A stretch of 62,998 nucleotides of DNA, the filler included, from Octopus bimaculoides (Eukaryota), in assembly GCF_001194135.2 (NCBI RefSeq). It is 4 parts of 4 records of this genome, joined end to end, with 100 filler letters (N's around TTAATTAATTAA, not from the genome) between each part and the next. Parts side by side here need not be neighbours in the genome. Positions count along the whole stretch, not along the records: positions 21,593 to 28,550 come from NC_068996.1; positions 28,651 to 58,338 come from NC_068997.1; 2 more parts are not named here. One strand, written 5' to 3'. Positions 28,067 to 41,419 of this stretch are shown one piece after another (position 1 is the first letter of the stretch; each line of letters begins with the position of its first letter). A program made the position numbers and the translations under genes. The notes under the pieces were generated by a model. The model was given only the letters and a program-made list of their open reading frames with translations. It made no database searches and had not been told where the DNA came from.

Positions 28067-28774
28067 GTTTAAGATTACATATACTCACGCAAATGCATAT
28101 GCGCACATCTACACATACATATATACACGCATGTATTACATTTCTTCGTTTTTACGGCTACTCATGTATACATTTACACATATATACATATATACTTATT
28201 GTTGGTTGAGATATATATATCTAATTATTGTTCTACTTACGATTTGACGAGTAGCTATATTTTTGAATAGAATTTATTTTCGATAATTTCAATTGATTTT
28301 AATCGATTTAAATTTCTTTTCTATTTGAAAATTGGTTATGAAACACGTGTAATCTTTTTATTATATGTATCTTGTGATATTTACTTTACTTTATATTGTA
28401 CTCATTTATTGTGCTTTTAATTATTAATTTTTCTATAAGTGATAGTGGATTTTCATCGATGAGTTCTTGAAAATTGGTTATTTTCCCTAAAACTATATAT
28501 TTTATATATACTTTATCTATAAGGCTCAATTTAATTTTAAATTTTTATAANNNNNNNNNNNNNNNNNNNNNNNNNNNNNNNNNNNNNNNNNNNNTTAATT
28601 AATTAANNNNNNNNNNNNNNNNNNNNNNNNNNNNNNNNNNNNNNNNNNNNGTATGTATGTATATTTATATATATATATGTATATATATATATGTATGTAT
28701 GTATGTGTATATATATATGTATGTATGTATGTGTATATATATATATATGTATGTATGTATGTGTATATATATAT

Positions 28775-29050
28775 CATCATCATCATGATCATTGTCGTTT
28801 AACATCCGCTTTCCATGCTAGCATGGGTTGGACGATTTGACTGAGGACTAGTGAAACCAGATGGCTACACCAGGCTCTAATCTGATTTGGATGAGTTTCT
28901 ACAGCTGGATGCACTTCCTAACGCCAACCACTCCGAGAGTGTAGTGGGTGCTTTGACGTGCCACCGGCACAAAGGACATTCAGGCGATACTGGCAACGAC
29001 CACGCTCAATATGGTGTATTTTACGTGCCACCTGCACAAGTGCCAGTTCA
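28775..29050 (-). mobile_element. RTE LINE 3' tail
   Basis: (CAT)n then TTTAACATCCGCTTTCCATGCTAGCATGGGTTGGACG; the same tail is attached to RTE coding relics at 34.4, 38.9, 43.8 and 48.9 kb. Confidence 0.8.
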
Positions 29051-29636
29051 GGTAGAAAAGAAGAAACACAGAGGGAGGAATAGAGAAAGAGAAGGAGATA
29101 TGAAGGAAAGAGAGGGGTGCTATGAAGAAAAGAGGGAGGGTGATATGAGGAAAGAGAGAGTGTGTGAGGTATTAGAGGTAGAGAAGGGGAGAGGAGGGGA
29201 AGAGAAAGTGAGACAGAGGGAGGGAGAGGAGGGGAAGAGAAAGTGAGACAGAGGGAGGGAGAGAATGGGAAAAGAAAGAGAGACAAAGTGAGGGAGAGAC
29301 AGGAAAGGATGAAAGATGTGAGAGAAAAGCAGAAACAGAGTGAGAAGAGGGGGGAAATGAGAAGTATATGTGAGGTGACAGGAGGAGAGGTAGATGTTGT
29401 GAGATACAAAGGAAAGGAAAGAGGGCTTTAATAAGTGTGTCCAGAGTTAGCTTTCTTTGGTATTTCCTATTGATAATGGCTGAAGAGCTAAAAACACACT
29501 GAGAATGCAACAGGGGGCAGCACTGGACTGATATGGTGTTTTTACACCTTTTTACCATAAGAGAGAATTTTTTTCTCCATGGTAACTGCAGTGAATTTAC
29601 CTTTAGAAGTTGAAATATGTCACAAACATATTTTAA

Positions 29637-31667
29637 CCACTTCAAAATGGTTGACATAAAGTTACAGATGCAGTCTACATACTTTAAATCAGTTGATGTA
29701 AATTTATGTACTTAATTTGTGTACTTGGTTTGCATCGGTTGACATAAATATATGTTGTTGTCTGAGCTAACACTAATTAACCTAAACATATGCTGGCTGA
29801 TAGGCTGATGTTTTATCTAAATATTTACAGCCCACTAAGCTGCTTAGATGTTTTATCTAAATATTTACATCCTGGATGTAGGCTTTTGTACTATATAAGC
29901 TGCAGTTTAGGTGATGATACCACATTACCACTATGGCTTGCAATCAACTCAAAGCCAATTTGTGTTCTTTGCTAATGTTGTAGCTGAATCTTGTGGTCCT
30001 GCTTATAATTTATGGTTGCGTTCTGGTCATGCACATAATTTACAGTTGTTTCCTATCACTCTGTTTCTGTCAGCTTTGTCATGTCCTACCACTTTGACTC
30101 CTCTGGCTTCATCGTCTATGCAAGTTTCGTCCAATTTATTGTTGTTGTGTCCAGCTATGCTAAGCTCCTACACTGTACTTCCATCCCCATCTGTTTCTTC
30201 TGGTTCAATTGATGACTCTGAGAGTGAGTATTTTCCTAGTATGCAATTTGATGATTCAGATAGCAATGATGATACTCCTGTATGGCACCCAAGAGACAAT
30301 TTTGTCCAACAGTATGGGTTTACTGGTATGCCTAACATAAAAACAAGCCTTGAACATGTAAGTTTGCCATTGGAAATCTTCCATGAGTTTTTAATGGATG
30401 AAAGAAATGACTATGCTGAAAACCATCCCCAGTATGTCAGGCCCAGGCATGGTGGTGATTGGTTTACAACCACAGGAATTGAAGTCGAAGTTCTCCTTGC
30501 CCTGCTAATACTGATGGCATCATGAAGAAACCAACCCTGGTGTCATATTGGACATGGGGATACAGCTATGTTGACACCTTTCTTTCTAGAAATGATGCCA
30601 TGTGATCGCTTTTTTTGGTGCTTCTCAGAAATCTGAATTTCAACTCAGCTGAAACTAGGATAACAGGCTACCAAAATACATTCTTTTATTGATGAATTGG
30701 CAAAAAATTTCAGACCAGTATGTATCCCTACACAGGATGGTGAGAACATACAGAAAAATATGCAGCAGGATCTATGTAAGATAAAACATCGGAAGGAGGA
30801 AACACCATACCAATGCACCAACAGTGGCATTCTTGCTCTAATGTGGTGGGACAAGAGAAATTTCTGCATGTTGTCCTCTATGCATTTGGCAAGCATGAAG
30901 GACACTAGGAAATTAGTTGAAGATAGTAATCTGATAATGAAACCAAGTGTGGTTGTTTTGTACAAAGAAGGGATGAGCGGGATCAATCACTCAGATCAGC
31001 TGGTAACGACAGAAAATCGGTTAGAAAATTTGAGAAATGGTATAAAAAAATTTTCTTGTATATTGTTGACATCATCATTTCCGATTTGATTTGGCAGATG
31101 CCTGGAGGTGGTGGGGATGGATTGAAATTTGAAGTTTGCTATTCTGGGAAATTATGGAAGTGTCAGGTCTGCCAAGATACCGAACACGTAGACGTCCTGA
31201 TGCTGGATACTCTTCTCACCACTTAGTGAAGGGACATGGGCATTTTCTAAGATTGCTTGCCCTCACCATAAAGAAAAGTACAGCAAAGAGATGTTCTGTG
31301 TGCAAAGTGAAAGGGAAACAAACGGAGACCAGATATTTTTGTTCTGATTGTAATATACAGATGTGCATGGTACTATGTTTTGAGACATGTCACACCAAAA
31401 TTAATTTTTGAATTAACTTGTGCAATGTGATTGTATAAAGCAAATAGATGAAGTTTGTCTGACTTGTGCTGTCAATTGATTTACTCCTGCAGAAATACCA
31501 CATCAGTGTTCTGCACAGTGATATAGTTTAAGTAACTAAACAAGACCTGCTTTGAAGCAGTTGATGTAAATATGTGTGAATGTTATCTCACACTAAGTTT
31601 TGACCTCAATCGGCATGATTACCATGGCAGTGCATGGGCTACCTAATGCACCACTGCCATGAAGTGG
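29637..31667 (+). mobile_element. internally deleted piggyBac (PGBD4-like) transposon
   Basis: TTAA|CCACTTCA left end, TGAAGTGG right end; peptides ERNDYAE, EVEVLLALLILM, WWDKRNFCMLSSMH, KPSVVVLYKEGMSGINHSDQ and C-terminal Cys-rich CSVC...RYFCSDCNIQMCMVLCFETCH. Confidence 0.88.
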
Positions 31668-32147
31668 TCAGCTAACCTAAAGTTCTATGTATAAAAACTT
31701 AAACAGCAGTACCCAGTACATACCTCACAAACTTTTGAGACTTTGATTCCTCATTTCATGGGTTTGCCTGGCATATTCTGTTAGAAATATTGCCAGCTTT
31801 TGTAACTCACTGTTCTTTCATCGATAGTCAGTCATCTAGGTTTTTTAGTAATTATTCTCATCCTTCCATACTGAAGGTTGATAGCAGTAGTTCCACATGT
31901 TTACCAGTAATGTTGAATTGTTACTTTTAATTAGTTCAGTTAAAAAAGGTAACTTTTGAATTCGCTTTTTGTTTTGTTTAGGGGGTCTGAACCTTTCCAC
32001 TATAATTTAGATGACAATTGTTATAAATCTAATTAGTTTGTTTTCTCCATATGTATTATACATGAGAGATATTTTTTCTGAGATATAGCTCGTAATTCCT
32101 TGTGTGCATTATATATGACTATTCATGTGTAATTTTTTGTTTTTCAG

Positions 32148-32193
32148 CAAATGCAAATTAAGTTAGAAGATGCTGCCTTATTAGATTTGATGT
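32148..32193 (+). CDS. internal exon A of unidentified gene (QMQIKLEDAALLDLM)
   Basis: Acceptor TTTTTTGTTTTTCAG, donor GTAAGT; only one open frame; phase 0 to 1, matches exon B. Confidence 0.75.
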
Positions 32194-32549
32194 GTAAGTA
32201 ATATATTTTTATATCTCTCTTTTGAAATTATAGTTTCAATAGTATAAATTAGTTATATTATTGTCTTATATAACTATTTATATGCATGCAGTGTACCAAC
32301 CACTGCTTCACCATACTCCAAATGCGGAACTAAGCAATTGCACCCATTCTTTCCCAGAAGTGTAGTCCTCTAAATACTTCTCTCTGACAGTTTATGCTTG
32401 AAATTGATATAAATGAACAGTAATTTAAGTTAAACGTGAATTTCATTAACCTTACCACCCTGGCTGAGCCTGCAAAGAACATCAAAGGTTGATAGGTTGG
32501 GAAAAACCAACTCTCACCACTGAAAAGCTAAATCAAATAATGTATACAT

Positions 32550-33480
32550 ATATGTAGTGGGCATGTAAAAAGCACCCACTACACTCTTGGAGTGGTTGCT
32601 AGATCAGATTGGAGCCTGGTGCAGCCCACTGGCTTATCAGACCTCAGTCAAACCGTCCAGCCCATACCAGCATGGAAAGCGGATGTTAAGCGATGAATAA
32701 TGATGATGATGATTGATTGATTGATATATATATATATATATATGATAACCATTAAAAGTTTGCAGCCATTTACTCAACATGCAGGAATTGAACACCTATT
32801 TTGTATATCTTAAACTACCTCTAAAGAGATTCAACTTTCAAATAATTTTTTATTTTATTAATTTTCTGAAGGTCTGAAATTGAAACAGCTGTAAGGGATG
32901 TTTGTCAATTTTTTAATTAATAAATTATTATTTATTAATTACCTCTCTATTTTCTCATCTTAGTATAATATATAGATATATATAAACCATGGTTTATATA
33001 GTTACCTTGCAGTTGAGTATTAACTGTAATGTTCAACATTGTATAGGTAACTAACCAGTACTTCATTGGATTTTACTATCCCTGAAGGAGGTTTGTAACC
33101 TTTATTTGTACTTATATATATATATATATATGTATGTATTTATAAATTTACATACACATCATCGTCATTATTTAAAATTTGTTTCCAATGCTGGTATGAG
33201 TTGGATGGTTTGACAGAAGCTGGCAAGCCAGAAGACTGCACCAGGCTTCACTGTCTGTTTTGGCATGATTTTTATGGCTGGCTACCCTTCTTCACCCTAA
33301 CCACCTTACAGAGCGGACAGTGCTTTTTATGTGGCACCAGCACTGGTGGTCTGTTTTGGCATGGTTTTTATTGCTGAATGCCTGTACTAAAGTCAACCAC
33401 TTTACAGACTGGACTGGGTGCTTTTTACTTGGCACCAGCACTGACAAGGTCTGTTTTTGTATGGTTTTTTACAATTGGAT
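32550..33480. mobile_element. two RTE 3' tails in opposite orientation (+ 32550-32712; - 33165-33480)
   Basis: GTCAAACCGTCCAGCCCATACCAGCATGGAAAG...(GAT)n and its approximate reverse complement. Confidence 0.75.
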
Positions 33481-34369
33481 GTCTTTCTTTAGAGGAGATA
33501 CATGGTTACCTCAGTCAGAGGGAGAGAGAAACCTTGTTACAGAATTCTGCATTTTTGGAAATCTTTACATAATGTGGAACTTTACAATGCAGAACATATT
33601 TTTCCATTGATTTTCATGAATCTCAGTTGTAAAACTGAGATGCATTCTAACAGAATTCTTTCAGAAAAATGGAGATAAAACTATAATTAGTTATACAATA
33701 TTTTTATGCATAAAAATAACAATCTTTAAACACTTGCAGTAGGATGATTGTATGTATACATAGAAACTTTTGAAGAGAAAAAAATTGGGGACCTACACAT
33801 CGTTTGCGCAATATGCAAGTGGAAATCCTGGAATGTCTGGCCATGTGTTTTGCCAAACACCAATCATAACTTGGCTATGTTGTCAACTGCATCCATGTTG
33901 AATGTTTTGTAGCAGTCTCTGTAGATTTATCCCCTTCAGTTGCTTCGATTCATTGGTTGGAGCAAAGAAGTCATTTTCTTGGGTACATATTCTAATTAGA
34001 AAGATCATTTAAGTTCACGAGGTGGTTTAATACACTGTCTAAACAGAACAATCCTTTGAAGGATCTATTACACCTGATACTGCAGCTTTCTACAGCTGGA
34101 TAAAAAAAAGGTTTGTCTTGGCTTGTAGTCATTCAAGTCTTATTTGAATGCCAAATTGCAGTTTTCAGATTGGTTCACAAGATGATTTTACTTCATATCA
34201 CCAGTAGCATTTCCTCTTACAAGGAGTGTCAGATGATTTCTAGCAACTTTAAAGCATGATGCTGAACTTAATTCTAGAAATAAGGCACATGAATCCAGAA
34301 AATCTTCAAAACATTTTAGTTATAAAATATACACTTGTATATTTTTTTTGCTGCTGCAAATATTGGTAA

Positions 34370-35330
34370 AATCATTATCATTTAGCATCCACTTTCCATG
34401 CTGGCATAGGTTAGACAGTTTGAGTGGAACTGTTAAACTGGAGAGCTGTACCAGGTTTCTGTCTGATTTGTCTTGGTTTCTACTGCTTGATGCTCTTCCT
34501 AACACTAACAGCTCCAAGAGTGTAGTGGATGCCTTTCACATTTCATGTGTCACTGGCATGAGTGCCTTTTACGCGTCACCAGCACTGGCCATGACTATGA
34601 TTTCACTTGGTTTGACAAGTCTTCTCAAGTACAGAAAATTGCCAAAGGTCTTGATCACTTGTCATCACCTCCGTGAGAGCCAACATTCGAAGATCGTGCT
34701 TTACCACCTCATCCCATGCCTTCCTGGATCTCCCTATTCCACAATTCCCTCCACAGTTAGAGATTGGCACTTTACACAACGAAGCATACTAGCTTCATTT
34801 CTTTCAAGCCTTTGCTTGTACTCTGAAGTCACAGCCCATGTTTCACTGCTGTGTAGCATAGCTGTTCACACACAGGCATCATATAATCTGTCTTTTGACT
34901 CTGAGAAAGAGGCCCTTAGTTACCAACAAAGGTAAGAAGCTCTCTGAACTTTGTCCAGCCTATTCTTATTCTAGCAGCTACGTTCTTGGAGCATTTGCCT
35001 CCACTATTGATTAGGTCACCTAGATAATGGAAGCTATCAACTACTTGTTGGTATCCCCCTTAGTGTTTGATGGAGTCTATTTTCTGTGCATTTCTAGCGT
35101 TAATTGTACTTGTACCTCTGCCATACACAAAGACTATCCCTATTAACCTTTCTCTTATATTACTGCACCTCTTGGGTACAATACCTGATGGGATTTTTGA
35201 TTTGTCTATTTTCCTACTTACTAAGACTTTTATCTTTGTTAAGTTGGTTCTAAGGCCCTTTGATTCCAGACCTTACATCAACACAATGAGGTTGACAAAG
35301 TTACAGAGGTTTTATGAAATTGTAAATTCA
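34370..35330 (-). mobile_element. 5'-truncated RTE LINE
   Basis: RTE tail plus post-RT coding relic collinear with 39440-39970 and 43990-44680. Confidence 0.8.
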
Positions 35331-35378
35331 TGAAAATATATTTTACAAATCGTATACTGTCTTGTATGTAGTATGTGT

Positions 35379-35695
35379 CTATAATAATAAATGCCAAAAC
35401 AAATTTCTGTATCACACTTTGACCCCACCGCTCTCACTATTCAATGACACTTCTACTATTCCTCCTGCTGGGGTGAGAGTAATAATAGGCATAGAAATGG
35501 TGAGGGTGTTAGTAGATTGATGGTTGTGATGGTAATGGGGTGATAGTAATAGTATGAGCTGTAATTGTGATAGAGGCAGAGGCAATGGTGATGATGGTGG
35601 TGGTAGCCAAGGTGGTCAGGGATGATGGTGATAGTAAGCAGTGTGAAAGACAGTGGTGATGGTGGTGGAGGGGAAAATGGTGAAGTCAAAGGTAT
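35379..35695 (+). mobile_element. non-autonomous Helitron-like repeat; second copy - 51990-52590
   Basis: TCTATAATAATAAATGCCAAAAC start; blocks ATAGTAATAGTATGAGCTGTA(A/G)TTGTGATAGAGGCAGAGG and GACAGTGGTGATGGTGGTG shared with the reverse complement of 52.1-52.6 kb. Helitron class is inferred from the TC start only. Confidence 0.55.
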
Positions 35696-36225
35696 ATATA
35701 TCTCAGAAATCAGGAAGTCTCCCCAGGTGAGCCACTACTTCTCTGTATTGAGAGTTCACAGCTCTGATACGACAGACATGTGATTAGAATGTCACAGGAA
35801 AGAATCAGAAGATGGATTCTTTAAGCTGAGCCAATCAATAGGAGAGTTAGGGGTAAACCAAGAATGAGATGGTCCATGGTCTCAGTTTGTCACACTTTGG
35901 AATCTAGGCATAATCACAGTTGTTTTTGATAGGATACTATCGAAAAGATGCCTGAGGATTGTACCCCACAACCTTCTCAGGTATAATGGGTGGTGAAGAT
36001 GCATAGATGTGTGTGTGTGTGTATCAAGAGAGGGAGAGTTTCATAAAAACAAGACTTGAAAATTATTCAGCTACATTTATATGTTTATGTCTATATGGAA
36101 CAACTAATGTTTTGAAAAAGTATTTTTCTTATATTTCAGAATAGATTTTAGATTGTATTGAATTTCGATTTTTGTTTGTTATAATGATTTTCACCTCTCT
36201 CTCTCTCTCTTTCTTTTTTGGTCAG

Positions 36226-36282
36226 ATCACCAGATGAAAGGAACAGGCATTTGGAGAGTTTATAAAATGGTTAAAGAACTTG
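36226..36282 (+). CDS. internal exon B ((Y)HQMKGTGIWRVYKMVKEL)
   Basis: Long pyrimidine tract then CAG, donor GTATGT; 57 nt, phase 1 to 1; other two frames are closed. Confidence 0.8.
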
Positions 36283-37198
36283 GTATGTTGTATGTTAATA
36301 AATTGAACAGTTTTACAGATTTTTTTTTTTTTACTCTGGCTCAGTTGGCAAATAGTTAAAGTATTATACTGTAAGGTGAAAGATTTTGGTGGTCATGTCC
36401 TAATAGTCAATATATTGTTCCAAGCAAGGACCCTTGCTCTACTGGCCTTTATCTTGCTGAACTAGTTACCATTCCACATAGTATGTGTGATTAATGTTCA
36501 GCTTAAATTAGTAGGGATTTACAGTTATTAAATAAAATAAAAAATAAAAACAGTAACAAAACTGTAAGGATCTATAGTTGTAAGTTAACTTTGCTTGTAG
36601 GAAATGCTGAATTTCTGTAATTCATGTTTATAGTATGGAAGATAAAATGTGATTTTAGAGTTATGTTAAATTACTTCACATGAAAGCATGGCAGAAATCG
36701 TGGAATATGTAATGGATTTGTAGAAATCATAGAACATCAATCCTTTTTTATATTTGATCTCACTCTGTATGTTCTGTATTGAAATTCCACTTGGATTAAG
36801 TTTTCTTTTCACCCTTATGGGTTTCATAAAATAAAGTACCAGTCAAATACTATGAGCATCTTAATCAATTGTTCCAATATGCAGCAGGCTAGAGTGGTAG
36901 AGGCCAAATTCCTGCCTAATCTTGGGGCTACAACAAGTGAGGTGAAACGCTTGTTGAAATACACTGTTGACACCAATGTTATTTGTAACACCCTACATTA
37001 CTCCCAGTACAAATTACTCCCTCCATTTTCTTATTCATGCACCCATACAGTTAGCCACTTTGTGAACTAATATTTATCTATTTTACTTCTGCCTTTTGAG
37101 TTGTTCTAAATCACAATGATATGTATTTTTTGTTTGAGACTAATGAACATTTTCAGGTATAGTCAAATTAACTGCAACTTTTTCTCCCCTAATTTTAG

Positions 37199-37272
37199 AC
37201 AAAGACAAGGTCCTAAATGCTGATAGCCTGCAACAATCACTTTACCAAAGCCTTTCCAAATTGTATAATACT
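37199..37272 (+). CDS. internal exon C ((D)KDKVLNADSLQQSLYQSLSKLYNT)
   Basis: Acceptor TTTTTCTCCCCTAATTTTAG, donor GTAAGT; 74 nt, phase 1 to 0; other two frames are closed. Confidence 0.8.
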
Positions 37273-37419
37273 GTAAGTTTAAGTTTATATAAATTCTAAC
37301 ACAGCATTTTATTTTGATGTTATTATTATGCAAAAGTTATTATGTGCTAATTTAGTTAGCAGTGATATTATCCTGAAATTTGGTGGAAAGTTTCTTCAAA
37401 TTTCAAGAATCTTTCTTAG

Positions 37420-37665
37420 TATTATTGTAAAACACAAGATAGTACTTTTGTCAGTTGACAATGTGTGTCAATTCCAATAACCTTTAGTGTTTTAGGTAGC
37501 AATTTTGGTACTGTGTCAAGTGCATTAATTGCCACAGAAACAGTTTCCATCCTTGTGTTCCACATTCCCACCATCTCTCTGGTTAGATCATGATATTTTT
37601 CAATTTTCTCAGTTTCCATTATATCCACTCTGTGCCATATGTGATTGCAAAGTTTATGACATTAC
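37420..37665 (-). mobile_element. 3' relic of a restriction-like-endonuclease (R4/HERO/NeSL-type) non-LTR element
   Basis: EKIEKYHDL...W...V.V.I.AL..VPK.L motif typical of the RLE C-terminus. Confidence 0.7.
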
Positions 37666-38904
37666 ACTGTGTATTTTTTATGTCCCCACAGTCATTTCTA
37701 GTCTCCTGGACCTTGTTAGTATGTTGGTGGTACGAGACATGAATGGTAGTAATGGCGGTACATTTAGACTGGTGGCCATTTATGCCTTGACGGGCTGCAA
37801 GGCCAGATTTCTTCAAGTATCTAGAAACTTTCCTGAGAATAACTCATACTTTAGTGCTAGTAGATGACTAAAATTGTATTTTGCACACACAGAATGACTG
37901 TGTGGAGTTAGTGCATAGCAGAAGAAAGTGCAAAAGCCTCATAGACTTCCAGCTGTTTGACAAGTATCAATTGGATTTCCCTGATGTACCAGTGTGGACA
38001 TGGCACAACCTCAATGGATCATCCAGATCATATGTAGATAGAGTATTTGTTAGGTCAGTAGATAAGGATAACATAAGTTGTCCACAATTCAAATTGGTTG
38101 TCTACACAGACCACAAATTTGTGATTTGCACAGTCAATTTAGATCTGGTTACTAGAAGTTGAATGTGTCTTTTTTGGCACACAAAGACTACAGGGACCAG
38201 ATTAGTGAACTAGTTATGTGGCAGTTGATGGCATCAATTGTCAAGAACTGGTGGTGGGTCATACTGAAGAAGGTGATAAGAGATAGTTGATAGCATTTAG
38301 CAAAGAGTTAGCAATAGAAAGAAATAGATTAGAGGGAGAATAAGTTAACAGGTTAGAAGAGGCGATTAGTAAAGGCACTGTGATCGATGTGCTAGCAGTG
38401 AGAATAGCCCTTGACCATTTCTTTGAGCTCAAACATGAAGGCTGTGTTGTCAGAGCTAAAACCTGTGCACTCCAGCACAAAGGAACTAAAGCTGTTCAAT
38501 GGGCCTGAATGGTGGAGATGCAACATGGAAGCAAAACTATGATGAGCAGATCAGGATGGGCATGTACGTGCTACTTGATTCCAAGCAGATGTGTTTGGCT
38601 TTCCAGCACCACTTCGTGTGGTTGTTTGGGAAGGATGATGGGTTGACGATGGTAGCAGTTTAGTTCATGTCTAGGTGGCCTGTTGCAGTTCTTGGCAGCA
38701 AATGTGAGGTTCTGTGGAAGGCCTGAAATATGGAAGGTGATGAGTGATTGCACAAGTTACAAATCACCTGGTTTGAATTGTCTGCCCTATGAATTCTATG
38801 AGCTGCCAGATTTGTTTGGTTGCCACTTGGGAGATGTCTACCATAACTGGCAGCAGAATGGGATAATTCCTAGTGCTGTTAGCCAGGGTGTGGTAATGCT
38901 GCTA

Positions 38905-41345
38905 GGGAAGGACATCTTCATCATGATCATTTAACGTCTGTTTTCCATATTGGCATGGGTTGGACGGTTTGACAGGAGCTGACCAACTGAAGAGCTGTTC
39001 AGGTTTCCTGTCTATTTTGGCATGGTTTCTATGGTTGGATATCCTTCCTAACACCAACTACTTTACAGAGTGTACGTGGGTGCTTGTACACAACACTGGT
39101 ACAGGTGCTTTTGACTCCATGAGATTAGCGATGCTCAGCTGGAGAGGGTTGCAGGGGACAAGCTTGTATGCAAGGGCAGCCATGCTTTTACTTAACTTGT
39201 TGTGTCTTTTCAAGCGCAGCAAACCGTCAGGAGTCTCGGTCTCCTGTTATCCCACGTCTTCCTGGGTTTACATTTTCCACATGTTCCCTCTACAATTAGA
39301 AATGAGCACCTCTTGATGCAAGTGTCTTTGTTCATATGCATTACATGACCATACCAGTGCAGCCTTCTCTCTTGCACGCTACATCTGATGCCGTGTATAC
39401 CCAGTTTTTCTCCCAAATCACTCACACTCTGTCAAATATGCTCACTGATATTACTCATTTCTTTCAAGTCTTTGCATATTCTCAGTAGTCACAGCCCATG
39501 TCTCACTATCATGCAGCATAGCTGTGTTTACATAAGCATCATACAACACCCCCTTTCACTCTGAGGGAGAGGCCCTTTGTTACCAACAGAGGTAGTAGCT
39601 CTCTGAACTTTGCCCAGCCTATTCTTATTCAAGCAACTATGCTTTCGGAACAATCACCCCCACTAAAACTGTCTACTTCTAGGGATCCCCACTGGCATAA
39701 GAGGGAGTCTATTTTTTTGTGTATTCCTGGTGTTTAATGCATCCATACATCTGCCATTTGTAAAATCTACCTTCTCCGTTCGTCACCCAGTGATACTGTT
39801 GCACCTCTTATGTGTCCATAGCTTGCACTGGCTACACCTTATGGAGTTTCTCCTGACACCTTTTTTACATATCGAGCTGGGTCATCTTCCTGAGAGGATC
39901 TGCAATTTGTATGATTTCCTACTCATCAATACTTTGGTCTTTGCTGAATTAACTCAAAGGCCCTTTAGCAGCCTTTCATAGTGACACTTCCAAGCTTCTT
40001 TCTTTGCAGAATCATAAGTGCTAGTGAGCCATCATCCATGTGAACACATTTCTCTCCTACTACATCACAATTTTCTCTAATACACTGTCTTGCAATCTGA
40101 AACACTTCAACCCTCTGGTCATCACGACACAGAACATTGGCAACTTCCTCTTTTCTGCTTCTTCCCTGGCTAAATACACCTGTCTTCAAACCCCACTTCT
40201 ATCTACCTGATATAGTTCCCTGTTACCACCACTCTTCCAGTCCTGTTTCTTTGCTCTAATGGCCTTATCTACATTGTTCCACCACCATGTCACTCTAGGT
40301 CAGGTTGGGTCTTTGCACCAGCCGTAGATTTGCTCTGTGGCACTCAGCAAGTGGTACTGCAAGAATTCTCAGTTGTCTTCTATGTTTCGAGTCTGTAGTT
40401 CCTCCTGCTTTTCATCTAATTTCTCAACTAGGGTGTCCCTAAATTTTTGAGCACATAAAGGATCCTTAAGCTTCCTGATCCTTCTTTACCAGATTAGTCT
40501 GCTTCTTGGCAATCTTGCCTGAAGACTAAAGTTACTGATGACTAGTCTATGCTGGGGAAGGGGGTAGGGTACATTCTTCACCCGGGAAGGTCTTTGCATT
40601 TATGAGCAACCATGCATCTCGCTGTCTGGTGAGAATGTAATCAATCTGGCTAGTGTGGTCACCCAATTGATAGGTAATCAAGTGATTGGCTGGCTTCCTG
40701 AAGTTGGTGTTGCAGATCATTAGGTTATTTGCATCACAGAACTCCAGGAGCCTTGTTCCCTCTTCATTTTGAGAACCAATTCCATAGCCCCCATCTGCTC
40801 CATGGAAGATATCTGGCTGCTGCCCAACATGTCCATTGAAATCAGCCATGAAGATGAGGTCATTGTCACTTATCTTTGAAGTAGCCTGCAGAAGAATATC
40901 ATGAAAGTGGTCCTTTTGTTTATTTGGTAGCCCTGTCTTAGGTGAGAATGGGGGCATAGGCAAAGATAATTGTTGCTGTATTATTCTGCAAAATGAGCCT
41001 GAGCTCAAGAACTCTTTCACACACTCTGATTATCTCTGTTACCTTATTAACCCATTCCTCTGCGAGAAGTATGTCCAAACCACCTACCCCGTCACTGTTA
41101 CCTTCCCAGAAAATTTTATACCTATGTGTCTTGTCTGTGAGGAACCTGGCTGAAGCTCCTCTCCACCTTCTTGAATGCAACACGCCTCCATTCAAGCATC
41201 TCAACACTCTCATCAGACCTAACTTTCAGTGTGCCTACATTGACAGTGCCAACTCTGAAAGACTGGAAAGGGACATGATAGGGAACATGGAAAGTGGGGA
41301 CGACTTTCAGCATCTGAATAGAAAGTTTCAATGAGTGTTTGATAA
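38905..41345 (-). mobile_element. RTE LINE (endonuclease to 3' tail, internally deleted), nested in Tx1
   Basis: RVGTVNVGTLK, RWRGASARFL, YKIFWEG...AYAP, FMADFNGHVG, SQIDYIL and ERRLHWYGHVM...KPRKTWD. Confidence 0.92.
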
Positions 41346-41419
41346 TAGGCATGTCATATCGATTGTTCCCACTTTAATGTAACATCATTCAGTCATATTA
41401 AAATTGCAGTCTCTATTTG

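Noticed and set aside
33750-34330. Possible decayed hAT-like transposase on the - strand
   Set aside because: Only faint resemblance with many stops; no diagnostic motif or TIR.
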